From the NCBI RefSeq assembly GCF_028553885.1, contig NZ_CP067169.1, positions 2,222,385 to 2,286,384 of the forward strand: a DNA stretch of 64,000 nt, read 5' to 3'. Below the pieces are notes generated by a model. The model did not search any database and was not told the DNA's origin. It saw only the letters and a program-made list of their open reading frames with translations. How positions within the stretch are numbered: position 1 is the first letter of the stretch; every line of letters begins with the position of its first letter. Positions 11,126-20,618 of the stretch are shown here, piece by piece. The DNA is from Paracoccus aestuarii. Lineage in GTDB: Bacteria > Pseudomonadota > Alphaproteobacteria > Rhodobacterales > Rhodobacteraceae. A program made the translations under genes and the position numbers.

Positions 11126-11190
11126 GTCACCGCTCCGTTTCCCGGCCGTGAATCACGCCGCGAAAAGGAAATCAATGCATCCTGACCCTA

Positions 11191-11351
11191 AATCGCTCCA
11201 GGCCGAATTGGTCTGGCGGCACAACTGGCAAACCCGCCGAGAGGTCGAGATCGCCCTCTTCCACTATATTAACGGCTTCTACAACCCGCGCCGCACACAC
11301 TTAGCCTTCGGATGGAAATCACCCGTGGCCTTCGAACAAAGGGCAGCCTGA
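11191..11351 (+). pseudogene. IS3-family orfB C-terminal fragment, continuing 10114-10357 after the IS5 insertion
   Basis: KSLQAELVWRHNWQTRREVEIALFHYINGFYNPRRTHLAFGWKSPVAFEQRAA is the IS3 OrfB C-terminus; removing the IS5 copy and one TA gives in-frame ...ESFF KSLQAEL... Confidence 0.75.
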
Positions 11352-11384
11352 TATGAATAACTGGCCGGGACGAAACCGGCGCAG

Positions 11385-11730
11385 GTGCGATCACCTGAAG
11401 ACACGTCGCCAGTTCGGCAATTCCATCGGCGGCTTCCAGGCGCTGCAACACCGAACCGTCGATCTGATGACCAAGATCGAGCGCACGTGATCAACCACCA
11501 TTGCGGCCGCACTGGACGGTCCCGACGGCCCGACCACCTGCGCAATGGCCAAGACGCTGATCGGCCGCGCCGCCCGACAGGTCGCCGAGGAAACCGTCCA
11601 GATGCAGGGTGGCATCGCGATGACATGGGATTATGCCGCATCGCATTACGCAAAGCGGCTGACCATGCTGGACCATCAGCTTGGCGATACCGACCACTGC
11701 CTTGCCGAGGTCATGCGCAGCCTCTAAGGC
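11385..11730 (+). pseudogene. acyl-CoA dehydrogenase C-terminal remnant, truncated by the IS cluster, with one internal stop
   Basis: ...FGNSIGGFQALQHRTVDLMTKIERT*...AKTLIGRAARQVAEETVQMQGGIAMTWDYAASHYAKRLTMLDHQLGDTDHCLAEVMRSL; the ACAD C-terminal helical-domain motifs (QxxGGxGxTxE/Dxxxxxxxxxxxxxxxxxxxxxxx) are recognisable. Confidence 0.65.
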
Positions 11731-11758
11731 GCGAATGCAGAAATGGTCGCGGCGGGAC

Positions 11759-13048
11759 CTATCCCGCCGTCACCCGCCAGATCACGTCGCCCACGTCATC
11801 GGCCACCAAGAGCGACCGGCCATCCGCGCCCAAGGTCACGCCGACCGGTCGGCCATAGGCCCATTTCTCGTCATCCGACAGGAACCCCCACATCAGGTCC
11901 CGCGCCGGGCCCGAAGGCTTGCCATCGGCGAAGGGCACGAAGATCACCCGATATCCGCTCAGCGTCGATCGGTTCCATGACCCGTGCTGGCCGATCACCA
12001 TCCCCGCGCCGAAGCCCGGCAGCGTGCCATCCGGCATCCAGCACAGCCCAAGCGAGGCCGTATGACCGCCAAGCGCGAAATCGGGCGTGATCGCGCGCGC
12101 GACCATGGCGGGATCCTGCGGTACGCGGTCATCCACCATCCGGTCCCAGTAGCAATAGGGCCAGCCGTAGAACCCCCCCTCCCGGACCGAGGTCAGGTAG
12201 TCGGGCGGCGTCTCGTCGCCCAGCCCGTCGCGTTCGTTCACCACCGTCCACAGAACCCCGGTCGAGGGCTCCCACGCCATGCCGACCGCGTTGCGCAACC
12301 CCGAGGCGAAGATCCGCGCCTGGCCCGATGCCAGGTCCAGTTCCCAGATGGCGGCGCGGCCTTCCTCGGTCTCCATCCCGAAATCGCCGATATTGCTCAG
12401 CGATCCGACGCCCGCATAGATCCGCCCCCCATCGGGCGAGACCAGCAGGCTGCGCGTCCAGTGCCCGCGCGGCTTGAAATCGACCAGCTTGCGGCCCGGC
12501 CCGGTCAGCCGCGTCGCGCCGTCCTGATAATCATAGGCCACGATCCCGTCGGTATTGCCGATGTAGAAGGTGCCGTCGACCAGCGCCATGCCGAAGGGCT
12601 GGTTCTGGTTATCGGCAAAGACCTCGCGCCGTTCGGCCACCCCGTCGCCATCGGCGTCGCGCCACAGGGTGATGCGGTTCGCGCTGTCGCCGATGGCCTT
12701 GGCGCGGCGCATCACGGCCTGCGCGGCGTGATCCATCAGGCTGCGCGGCCTGCCGGGCTGTTCCTTGGATTCGGCCACCAGCACGTCGCCATTGGGCAGG
12801 ACCTCGATCCAGCGGGGATGGTCCAGGTCGCGGGCAAAGGCGTTGACCCTGAGGCCGGGCGCCACGGTGGGGACGTGATCGCCCTGCCAGCCCTTGGCGA
12901 CGGGCATCTTCAGCGTCATGATCTTCTGCGGTTTGGCCTCGGGGATCGTGGGGGCGCCCCCGATCGCGGGGGTCCGCGCGGCGAAGGGCCGCCGCATCAG
13001 CACCATCGCCCCGCCCACCAGCGCCGTCGCGCGTGCCAACATGTTCAT
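11759..13048 (-). CDS. PQQ-dependent sugar dehydrogenase (soluble glucose/sorbosone dehydrogenase family), secreted
   Basis: N-terminal signal peptide, then a beta-propeller with sGDH-family motifs (GRLYAGVGSLSNIGD, GGFYGWPYCY, GLRNAVGMAWEP). Confidence 0.7.
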   Translation of the reverse strand: MNMLARATALVGGAMVLMRRPFAARTPAIGGAPTIPEAKPQKIMTLKMPVAKGWQGDHVPTVAPGLRVNAFARDLDHPRWIEVLPNGDVLVAESKEQPGRPRSLMDHAAQAVMRRAKAIGDSANRITLWRDADGDGVAERREVFADNQNQPFGMALVDGTFYIGNTDGIVAYDYQDGATRLTGPGRKLVDFKPRGHWTRSLLVSPDGGRIYAGVGSLSNIGDFGMETEEGRAAIWELDLASGQARIFASGLRNAVGMAWEPSTGVLWTVVNERDGLGDETPPDYLTSVREGGFYGWPYCYWDRMVDDRVPQDPAMVARAITPDFALGGHTASLGLCWMPDGTLPGFGAGMVIGQHGSWNRSTLSGYRVIFVPFADGKPSGPARDLMWGFLSDDEKWAYGRPVGVTLGADGRSLLVADDVGDVIWRVTAG

Positions 13049-13119
13049 CGAACGCCTCGCTCTTCGTGATCGCTAACACAGTAGCAAGGGCAGCGGGCGC
13101 GTCAACGCCCGGGCCGCAG

Positions 13120-14451
13120 TCACACCGTGTCGAGATAGAGCTCGACCGTCTCCTCGTCGGACAGCTCGGCCATGTAATGCAGCTCCTGGCGCTTGGTCAT
13201 CAGGTAGTTGTCGACCAGATGCGCGGGCAGGATGCGCCGGATCTCGGGGCAGGCGTCGAAGGCCTCGATGGCCGCGCCCCAATCGCCGGGCAGCTGGGCC
13301 AGGTTCTTGTCATAGGCGTTGCCCCTGAAGGGCGCGGGCGCCTCCAACCGGTCCTCGATGCCGTTCAGCGCGGCGCCCAGGATCGCGGCGATGGTCAGAT
13401 AGGGGTTCACGTCGCCCCCCGCCACGCGATGCTCGATCCGCCGCGCCTTGGGCCCGGAGGACGGGATGCGGATCGCCGCGGTGCGGTTCTCATAGGCCCA
13501 ACCGATGCCGGTCGGCGCATGGGCATTGGGCACCAAGCGGTCATAGCTGTTTTCATGCGGGGCAAAGAGCAGCGTCGATCCGGGCATCGCCCGCAGACAG
13601 CCCGCGACGGCCTGGCGCAGCGCCTCGGTCCCCTCCTCGCCGCCATTGTCGAAGATGTTGCGCCCCTCGCGGTCCAGGATCGAGAAATGCATGTGCATCC
13701 CGTTGCCCGAAAAGGCCTCGTAGGGCTTGGCCATGAAGCTGGCGGCAAAGCCGTAGGACCGGGCGATCCCCTTGACCAGCATCTTGAAGAGCCAGGTGTC
13801 GTCGGCGGCCTTCAGCGGATCGGCCTGATGCATCAGGTTGATCTCGAACTGGCCCGGCCCCGCCTCCGAGATCGCGGTATCGGCCGGAATGTCCATCGAT
13901 TCGCAGGCGTCGTAAAGCGTCGAGAAGAACTGATCGAAGGCGTCCAGCGCGCGCAGGGACAGAACCTCGCCCCCGGTGCGGCGCTTGCCGGATCGCGGGC
14001 TGGGGGGCACGCGCAGGGTCTTGCCGCTGTCGTCGATCAGAAAGAATTCAAGCTCGGTCGCGACGACGGGGGTCAAGCCCGCGGCGTGATAGCGTTCGAC
14101 CACGCGGGCCAGGGCTTGGCGGGGATCGCCGTCATAGGGGCGACCGTTGGGATGGAACATCCACAAGGGCAGCAGCGCGGTCGGCGCGTCCAGCCAGGGC
14201 ATGGGCAGAAAGCCGCGTTCCGTGGGCAGCAGCAGCCCGTCGGGATCGCCGGATTCGAAGACCAGGGGGCTGTCCTCGACATCCTCGCCCCAGATGTCCA
14301 GGTTCAGGACGGAATAAGGGAACTTGGTCCCCTCGCCCAGCAGCTTGTCGGCATAGCGCGCCGCGATCCGCTTGCCGCGGGCGACGCCGTTCAGGTCGGC
14401 GGCCGCAACGCGGATCGTCTTGACCTCGGGGTGATCGCGCAGCCATTCCAT
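13120..14451 (-). CDS. glutamine synthetase family protein (GlnA-type catalytic domain, probably a gamma-glutamyl-amine synthetase)
   Basis: 443 aa; GS catalytic motifs (EFEINLMHQAD..., KPYEAFSGNGMHMHFSI, NSYDRLVP, RIEHRVAGGDVNPYL). Confidence 0.75.
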   Translation of the reverse strand: MEWLRDHPEVKTIRVAAADLNGVARGKRIAARYADKLLGEGTKFPYSVLNLDIWGEDVEDSPLVFESGDPDGLLLPTERGFLPMPWLDAPTALLPLWMFHPNGRPYDGDPRQALARVVERYHAAGLTPVVATELEFFLIDDSGKTLRVPPSPRSGKRRTGGEVLSLRALDAFDQFFSTLYDACESMDIPADTAISEAGPGQFEINLMHQADPLKAADDTWLFKMLVKGIARSYGFAASFMAKPYEAFSGNGMHMHFSILDREGRNIFDNGGEEGTEALRQAVAGCLRAMPGSTLLFAPHENSYDRLVPNAHAPTGIGWAYENRTAAIRIPSSGPKARRIEHRVAGGDVNPYLTIAAILGAALNGIEDRLEAPAPFRGNAYDKNLAQLPGDWGAAIEAFDACPEIRRILPAHLVDNYLMTKRQELHYMAELSDEETVELYLDTV

Positions 14452-14455
14452 GGGG

Positions 14456-15280
14456 TTATCTCGTCATAAGAGGTCTGTATCGGATCCGGGTCGCGGCCCC
14501 CGGCAGGTGCCGGTTCAGCCGCCGGTTCACCCTGCCAAAGGCCCAGATCAATGCCAAGGTCGCCAGGATGAAATAGCCCGCCGCGATCGGATAGGCGACG
14601 AAGGGGTTGAAGGTCCGGTCCGCGAAATAGCTGGCATAGTAAAGCGCGTCGCCCTTCTGCTGAAAGGCCGGAAAGCCCGAGAAATAGACCAGCGTCGTAG
14701 CGTGGAACAGAAAGATCGCCTCGTTGGTATAGCTGGGCCAGGCCAGCCGCATCATCGTGGGCCAGATCACCCGGCGGAACCGCGTCCAGCCGGTCATGCC
14801 ATAGGCGTCGGCGGCCTCGACATCGCCCTTGGGCACGGACATCAGCGCGCCATGAAAGATCTGCGCCGAATAGGCGGCGGTGTTCAGCGTCAGCACGATC
14901 AGCGCCCCGGCCCAGGCCCGGGTCAGCCAGCTGGTCTGGACGGTGATGCCCATCACGTCGATCCCCGCACGCGGCAGCAGGACCAGCGCCTCGTAGGCGA
15001 TGAAGAACTGGATGAAGAGCGGGCTGCCCCGGAACAGGAAGATGAACCCGTTCGCCGGTCCCCGCAGCCAGCGGTTGCCGCTGGCCTTGGCCAAGGCCAC
15101 CGCATTGGCCAGCACGAAGCCGAAGCTGAGCGCCAGCACCGCGAAATAGAGGTTCCAGATCAGCCCCGACCCGATCAGCGTGAATTGCTGGCAGAGGTCA
15201 TAGCCCTCGCGCGGCAGCAGCCGCTCGCCATAGCCGATCGAGCGCAGGGCGTAATCCTGGATGGTCTGAAGGCAGCTCAT
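14456..15280 (-). CDS. amino-acid ABC transporter permease (HisM/HisQ family)
   Basis: Polar amino-acid permease with the EAA-like loop (EAADAYGMTGWTRFRRVIWP); the ATG at 15280 overlaps the upstream permease stop (ATGA). Confidence 0.8.
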   Translation of the reverse strand: MSCLQTIQDYALRSIGYGERLLPREGYDLCQQFTLIGSGLIWNLYFAVLALSFGFVLANAVALAKASGNRWLRGPANGFIFLFRGSPLFIQFFIAYEALVLLPRAGIDVMGITVQTSWLTRAWAGALIVLTLNTAAYSAQIFHGALMSVPKGDVEAADAYGMTGWTRFRRVIWPTMMRLAWPSYTNEAIFLFHATTLVYFSGFPAFQQKGDALYYASYFADRTFNPFVAYPIAAGYFILATLALIWAFGRVNRRLNRHLPGAATRIRYRPLMTR

Positions 15281-16158
15281 GCCGGGGCCCCCTTGCGCAA
15301 CGCCTCGCCGCCCATCGTCGCTTGGCCGCGCGACAGGCGCCGCGTGACGCGGCCCAGCACCCGTTCGGAGATCCAGGTCATGAACAGATAGAAGACCAGG
15401 ATGCCCAGGAAGTAGTACAGCCGCCAGTCGGGATGGGGATAGGCAAAGGCGCTGGTCTTGGACCCGCCCAGCTCGCGCGCCCAATAGACGATGTCCTCGA
15501 CCCCCAGGATGAACAGCAGCGGCGTGGCCTTGATCAGGATCATCCACAGGTTCGACAGGCCCGGCAGGGCATAGGTCCACATCTGCGGGATCAGCACGCG
15601 GCGGTTCACCTGGCGGGGGGTCATGCCATAGGCCTCGGCGGTCTCCAGCTGGGCGCGGGGCACGGCGGCCATGGCGCCCGACAGGACATTCGCCGCAAAG
15701 GCCCCGAAGACGACGGAAAAGGCGATGACCGCCAGAAAGATGCCGTAAGCGTCATGGACCCAAGGGGCGGCGCTGTTCAGCGGCAGCTTGGCGGCGGCGC
15801 AGACGACGAAATCGTTGCCCTGCCGCACCGGCGCGTCGCTGTCGCACAGGATCTGGTGGCGGACCCATTCGAAGCCCTGATCCAGCGCGATCGGCACGAA
15901 CAGAAAGAAGATGATGTCCGGCACGCCCCGCACCATCGAGGTGTAGATCCCCCCGAACCAGCGCAGCGGCGCGATGCGGGACCGCAGCGCCATCGCGCCG
16001 CCGAACCCGAACAGCAGCGCGATCGGCGCCGTGATCGCCAGCAGCAGCAGCACCGTGCCGAAGCTGGCATAGAACATCATATGCGTGGCCGTCGTTAGAT
16101 AGCAGGACAGCCAGACTAGCCCCTCGAGCGAGGATGGATCGGCGCAATAGGAAAACAT
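15277..16158 (-). CDS. amino-acid ABC transporter permease (HisQ/HisM family)
   Basis: Multi-TM protein with ETAEAYGMTPRQVNRRVLIPQM (EAA motif). Confidence 0.8.
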   Translation of the reverse strand: MFSYCADPSSLEGLVWLSCYLTTATHMMFYASFGTVLLLLAITAPIALLFGFGGAMALRSRIAPLRWFGGIYTSMVRGVPDIIFFLFVPIALDQGFEWVRHQILCDSDAPVRQGNDFVVCAAAKLPLNSAAPWVHDAYGIFLAVIAFSVVFGAFAANVLSGAMAAVPRAQLETAEAYGMTPRQVNRRVLIPQMWTYALPGLSNLWMILIKATPLLFILGVEDIVYWARELGGSKTSAFAYPHPDWRLYYFLGILVFYLFMTWISERVLGRVTRRLSRGQATMGGEALRKGAPA

Positions 16159-16209
16159 CGCATTCCCCGCGAGGGGCCGCCGCGGACCGGGCCGCGGCGG
16201 CGGGTCACA

Positions 16210-16944
16210 TCACTCGAAGGTCAGGGCGTCGTCGCCGAACCACTTGACGATCAGCTCGTTCAGGCTGCCGTCCTCCTTCATCGCGGTGATCTGGGCGTCG
16301 AAGGTCTCGCGCAGCTCGGCGTCGGACTGGCGCAGGCCCATGCCGATGCCCTCGCCCAGGGAGACGGCGTCGAAGCCCTCGACCCAGACCAGCTCGCCGC
16401 CGGATTCGGCGACGATGGGCGCCAGGAAGTCGCGATCGGCAAAGACCGCGTCGGCCTCGCCGTTGCGGACGGCGGCGACGGTCTGGTCGGGATTGGGGAA
16501 TTCCAGCAGCGTGGCGCCGGTCTCGGCCACATGGCCCGCCTGGATGGTGTTGGTCTGGGCCGCGACGATGCCGCCTTCGACATCCACATCGGCCGACAGG
16601 GCCGCATAGGCCGAGGGCATGGCGGGGGTATAGGCCTGGGTGAACTGGATGACCGCCTTGCGCTCCTCGTTGATGTTCATCCCGGCCATGATCGTGTCGT
16701 AATTGCCGGAAACCAGGTTCGGGATGATCGAATCCCAGTCATTGCGCACCCAGGTGCATTCCAGGCCCGCGCGTTCGCACAAGGCGTTGCCCAGCTCGAT
16801 CTCGAAGCCGGTCACCTCGCCCGTGGCGTCGTTGATGAAGTTGTAGGGGGCATAGGCGCCCTCGGTGCCCATGCGGATGGTCTGGGCCTGGGCGAGGCCC
16901 GCGGTCAGGGCCAGGGCGGCTGCGGCGATGGTCAGCGATTTCAT
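16210..16944 (-). CDS. periplasmic amino-acid-binding protein (LAO/HisJ family)
   Basis: Signal peptide followed by the SBP_bac_3 fold; last gene of the transporter operon. Confidence 0.8.
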   Translation of the reverse strand: MKSLTIAAAALALTAGLAQAQTIRMGTEGAYAPYNFINDATGEVTGFEIELGNALCERAGLECTWVRNDWDSIIPNLVSGNYDTIMAGMNINEERKAVIQFTQAYTPAMPSAYAALSADVDVEGGIVAAQTNTIQAGHVAETGATLLEFPNPDQTVAAVRNGEADAVFADRDFLAPIVAESGGELVWVEGFDAVSLGEGIGMGLRQSDAELRETFDAQITAMKEDGSLNELIVKWFGDDALTFE

Positions 16945-16969
16945 GTCGGAAGTCTCTCCTGTTGGTTTC

Positions 16970-17767
16970 TTATGTCGCCATCGTGGCGGACAGGAAGCCG
17001 CGCAGACGCTCGGTCTGCGGGTCCCCGAACAGCCGGTCCGGCGGGCCTTCCTCGCAGATCACGCCCTGATGCAGGAAGACGACGTGATCGCTGACATCGG
17101 CGGCCAGCCGCATGTCATGGGTGACCAGGATCATCGTGCGATGTTCCCCGGCCAGATCCTTGATAACCTTGACGACCTCCTGCTGCAGCTCGGGGTCCAG
17201 CGCGCTGGTGGGTTCGTCGAACAGCAGCGCCTTGGGCTGCATGCAGAGCGCCCGGGCGATGGCCGCGCGCTGCTGCTGGCCGCCCGACAGCTGGGCGGGC
17301 CAGGCATCCGCCTTGTCACCGATGCCGACCTTGGCCAGCAGGGCGCGGGCGCGGTCCTCGACCACGGCGCGATCCTCGCCCAGGACGGTGACGGGCGCCT
17401 CCATCACGTTCTGCAGGATCGTCATGTGGGCCCAAAGGTTGAACTGCTGAAAGACCATGGCCAGGTTGGTGCGCATCCGCGTGACCTGGGCGCGGTCGGC
17501 GGGCCTGCGGTCCTGGCCCCGGCCCTTCCAGCGCACGGGTTCACCCTCGAACAGGATGTCGCCCGCCTGGCTGTTCTCCAGTAGGTTGCAGCAGCGCAGC
17601 AGCGTGGATTTGCCCGAACCGGACGACCCGATCAGGCTGATCACATGGCCGCGCGGCGCGGTCATGGACACGCCCTTCAGGACCTCCAGCGGGCCATAGG
17701 ACTTGTGCAGCCCCTCGATGCGGATCACCGGGGCGGCGGAATGGGGTGGGGTCGTCTGGTTCATCAT
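16970..17767 (-). CDS. amino-acid ABC transporter ATP-binding protein (HisP-like)
   Basis: Walker [10 protein letters not shown], signature [15 protein letters not shown], Walker [12 protein letters not shown]; start set at the ATG (MMNQ) inside a TTG-initiated ORF. Confidence 0.85.
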   Translation of the reverse strand: MMNQTTPPHSAAPVIRIEGLHKSYGPLEVLKGVSMTAPRGHVISLIGSSGSGKSTLLRCCNLLENSQAGDILFEGEPVRWKGRGQDRRPADRAQVTRMRTNLAMVFQQFNLWAHMTILQNVMEAPVTVLGEDRAVVEDRARALLAKVGIGDKADAWPAQLSGGQQQRAAIARALCMQPKALLFDEPTSALDPELQQEVVKVIKDLAGEHRTMILVTHDMRLAADVSDHVVFLHQGVICEEGPPDRLFGDPQTERLRGFLSATMAT

Positions 17768-17848
17768 CCGCGCATTGGGCGACAATTGCGTCCGTTTTGC
17801 AACGGGGTCCGTCGGGCAACCTGCCGATAATGGCAGGCTGCCGCAACG

Positions 17849-18088
17849 TCAGGCAATCTCGATGGAATATTTCTCGATCACGGTATTGGCCAGCAGACCC
17901 TCGCACATGCGGGCGACCTCGGCACGGGCGGCCTCGGGGTCGGTGGCGGTCAGGTCCAGCTCGATCAGCTTGCCTTGGCGCACGCCCGCCACGTCCTTGT
18001 GGCCCAGCCCGCCCAGGGCATGGCGGATCGCCTCGCCCTGCGGGTCCAGGACGCCGTCCTTCAGCATGATGGTCACACGTGCTTTCAT
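17849..18088 (-). CDS. purS: phosphoribosylformylglycinamidine synthase subunit PurS
   Basis: 79 aa; MKARVTIMLKDGVLDPQGEAIRHALGGLG... is the conserved PurS fold; sits next to purC. Confidence 0.85.
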   Translation of the reverse strand: MKARVTIMLKDGVLDPQGEAIRHALGGLGHKDVAGVRQGKLIELDLTATDPEAARAEVARMCEGLLANTVIEKYSIEIA

Positions 18089-18101
18089 GGCGGCACTTTC
18101 C

Positions 18102-18863
18102 TCAGTTGATCGCGGTGGGTTTCAGGCTGGTCGTGTTGGCGGGCATCAGGCCAAGACGGCGGGCGACCTCGGTATAGGCGTCGGTCAGGTTGCCCAGGTC
18201 GCGGCGGAACACGTCCTTGTCCAGCTTCTGGCCGGTCTTGACGTCCCACAGCCGGCAGCTGTCGGGGCTGATCTCGTCGGCGACGATCAGGCGCATGAAG
18301 TCATTGTCCCAGACCCGGCCGATCTCGATCTTGAAATCGATCAGCTTGATGCCGACGCCGTAGAAGACCCCCGACAGGAAATCGTTCACCCGCAGCGCCA
18401 GCGACACGATGTCGTCCAGGTCCTGCTGGGTCGCCCAACCGAAGGCGATGACATATTCCTCGGACACCATCGGGTCGCCCAGCTCGTCGTTCTTGTAGCT
18501 GTATTCGACGATGGGCCGCGGCAGCAGGGTCCCCTCCTCCAGGCCCAGACGCTTGGACAGCGATCCGGCCGCGAAGTTGCGCACGATCACCTCCAGCGGG
18601 ATGATCTCGACCTGGCGGATCAGCTGCTCGCGCATGTTGATGCGGCGGATGAAGTGGTTCGGGACGCCGATATTCGTCAGCCCGTTCATGAAGAATTCCG
18701 ACAGGCGGTTGTTCAGCACGCCCTTGCCTTCGATCGTCGCGCGCTTCTGCGCGTTGAAGGCGGTCGCGTCGTCCTTGAAGTACTGGACCAGCGTGCCCGG
18801 CTCGGTGCCTTCATAGAGGATCTTGGCCTTGCCTTCGTATACTTTCTTGCGCCGCGGTGCCAT
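18102..18863 (-). CDS. purC: phosphoribosylaminoimidazole-succinocarboxamide synthase
   Basis: [23 protein letters not shown]... SAICAR synthetase signature; the ATG at 18863 was chosen within a longer ORF. Confidence 0.9.
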   Translation of the reverse strand: MAPRRKKVYEGKAKILYEGTEPGTLVQYFKDDATAFNAQKRATIEGKGVLNNRLSEFFMNGLTNIGVPNHFIRRINMREQLIRQVEIIPLEVIVRNFAAGSLSKRLGLEEGTLLPRPIVEYSYKNDELGDPMVSEEYVIAFGWATQQDLDDIVSLALRVNDFLSGVFYGVGIKLIDFKIEIGRVWDNDFMRLIVADEISPDSCRLWDVKTGQKLDKDVFRRDLGNLTDAYTEVARRLGLMPANTTSLKPTAIN

Positions 18864-19000
18864 GGGCCCACCGTCCTTTCGCATGTCCCTGAAGATGCCG
18901 CTTACCCCGGATTGCCCACCGGGGGCAATACGAGGCTTGCGAGAAGCCGGGCCGATGGGCATATCCTTGGAGAAGAGCAGCCGACCAGGGAGCCCCGCCG

Positions 19001-19315
19001 ATGTCCACCTTCGACGACCGTGAACGCGCCTACGAGGCGAAATTCGCCCATGATGCCGACCTGCGCTTCAAGGCCGAGGCGCGCCGCAACCGCCTGCTGG
19101 GCGAATGGGCGGCCGATCAGCTGGGCAAGACCGGCGACGATGCGCGCGCCTATGCCATGTCTGTGGTCACCGCCGATTTCGACGAGCCGGGCGAGGAGGA
19201 CGTGTTCCGCAAGGTCGAGGCCGACCTGCAGGGCCGCGCCGATGCGGCCACGATCCGCGCCCAGATGGCCCGACTGATGGACGAGGCCCGCCGCCAGATC
19301 ATCGAGGAGAACTGA
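19001..19315 (+). CDS. DUF1476 protein / F1Fo-ATPase inhibitor zeta subunit
   Basis: 104 aa; [90 protein letters not shown]... closely resembles the Paracoccus zeta subunit sequence as I remember it. Confidence 0.7.
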   Translation: MSTFDDRERAYEAKFAHDADLRFKAEARRNRLLGEWAADQLGKTGDDARAYAMSVVTADFDEPGEEDVFRKVEADLQGRADAATIRAQMARLMDEARRQIIEEN

Positions 19316-20618
19316 TCCCGCCCGGCGCGGCGGCGATCTCGGCCCTGGGATAGAGCCGCAGCATCGTGGCCGCCCGCGCCAGGTTCAGCGCCATCAGCGC
19401 CGCCCACAGTCCGTGATTGCCCCAGATGGGCGGCAGGATCACCACGCAGGCCACGAAGACCGCGACCGATCGGATCATCGCCACGCGCATCTCGCGCGTC
19501 AGGGTGGCGCCGATGAAGATGCCGTCCAGCATCCAGCCTGCCAGCCCGATCAGCGGTGCGACGGCCAGCCATGGCAGATAGTCGCGCGCCACCGCCCGCA
19601 CCTGCGCATCTGTGGTCAGCATGTCGATGATCGCCCCGCCGCCCAGCAGGAACCCCGCCCCCAGCAGCAGCGCGAATCCCAGGCCCCAGCCCGATGTCAT
19701 CAGGCTGGCGCGGCGCACCTGGCCCGCGCGGCGCGCGCCCACCGCCTGGCCCACCAGGCTTTCGGCGGCAAAGGCAAATCCGTCCAGCGCATAGGCCGTC
19801 AGCGCCAGGAACTGCAGCAGCACCTGATTGGCCGCCAGTGTCACGTCCCCCTGCCCCGCCCCCAGGAACAGAAAGCTGGTCATGCAGCCCTGCAGCAGGA
19901 CCGACCGCACCATGATGTCGCCATTGACCCGCGCCAGCCGCGCGATCCGGTCGCGCGCCCAGATCCCCGCCGCGCGCCGCGCCTCGGCCAGGACATGGCG
20001 CGCCAGCCACAGCGCCACGGCCAGCCCCGCCCATTCGGCCGCCAGCGTGGCCCAAGCGACCCCCGCGACCCCCATCCCCAGCCCCAAGGCCAGCGCGATG
20101 CTGAGCGCGATGTTCAGCCCGTTCTGGATCAGCTGCAGGCCCAGCACGGCGCGGGTGCGTTCCACCGCGATCAGCCAGCCGGTCAGCGCATAGAGGCCGA
20201 TCGTCGTAAGCGCCCCCAGACGCGGATCGCCAGATAGTCGCGGGCCAGCGCCTCGACCGCATCCGATGCGGGGGCCAGCCGAAAGGCCGCCGCCGCGATG
20301 GGCGCCTGCAGCAGGATGAAGACCGCCCCCGCCCCCAGCCCGATGGTCAGCGCGCAGCAGATGCGCCCCCACCTCCGGGCCGTCGCCCGCGCCATGGGCC
20401 TGGGCCACCAGCCCCGATGTACCCATGCGCAGAAAGCCGAAGACCCAATAGACCGATGTCAGGATCACCGCCCCCAGGCCCACCGCCCCGATGGGCGCGG
20501 GCCCGCCCAGACGGCCCACCACGGCCGTGTCCACCAGCCCCAGCAGCGGCACGGTCAGGTTCGACAGCACGATGGGCAGGGCGATGTTCAGCACCCGCCC
20601 ATGCGTCAGGGCTGTCAC
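19299..20618 (-). CDS. MATE-family efflux transporter (DinF-like); an internal segment of about 55 aa is conserved only in an alternative frame
   Basis: The continuous ORF starts at GTG 20618 and has MATE N- and C-terminal halves in-frame. Residues encoded by about 20225-20360 are hydrophilic (GAHLLRADHRAGGGGGLHPAAGA...), whereas the overlapping frame (ORF 20183-20395) gives the expected MATE helices (ALTIGLGAGAVFILLQAPIAAAAFRLAPASDAVEALARDYLAIRVWG). Confidence 0.65.
   Translation of the reverse strand: MTALTHGRVLNIALPIVLSNLTVPLLGLVDTAVVGRLGGPAPIGAVGLGAVILTSVYWVFGFLRMGTSGLVAQAHGAGDGPEVGAHLLRADHRAGGGGGLHPAAGAHRGGGLSAGPRIGCGRGAGPRLSGDPRLGALTTIGLYALTGWLIAVERTRAVLGLQLIQNGLNIALSIALALGLGMGVAGVAWATLAAEWAGLAVALWLARHVLAEARRAAGIWARDRIARLARVNGDIMVRSVLLQGCMTSFLFLGAGQGDVTLAANQVLLQFLALTAYALDGFAFAAESLVGQAVGARRAGQVRRASLMTSGWGLGFALLLGAGFLLGGGAIIDMLTTDAQVRAVARDYLPWLAVAPLIGLAGWMLDGIFIGATLTREMRVAMIRSVAVFVACVVILPPIWGNHGLWAALMALNLARAATMLRLYPRAEIAAAPGGISSPR

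Larger units (their letters stand above)
10358..11188 (-). mobile_element. IS5-family (IS427-group) insertion sequence, copy 1, flanked by a 2-bp TA duplication
   Basis: Terminal inverted repeats GGGTCAGGATTCAT (10358-) and ATGAATCCTGACCC (-11188), with TA at 10356-57 and 11189-90. Carries orfA (10778-11125) and orfB (10368-10757) with an A5G6 slippery run between them, as expected for IS427-type programmed -1 frameshifting. Confidence 0.8.

Noticed and set aside
17703-19277. 524-aa plus-strand ORF
   Set aside because: Antisense to purS and purC and overlapping the zeta gene; no protein-like features.
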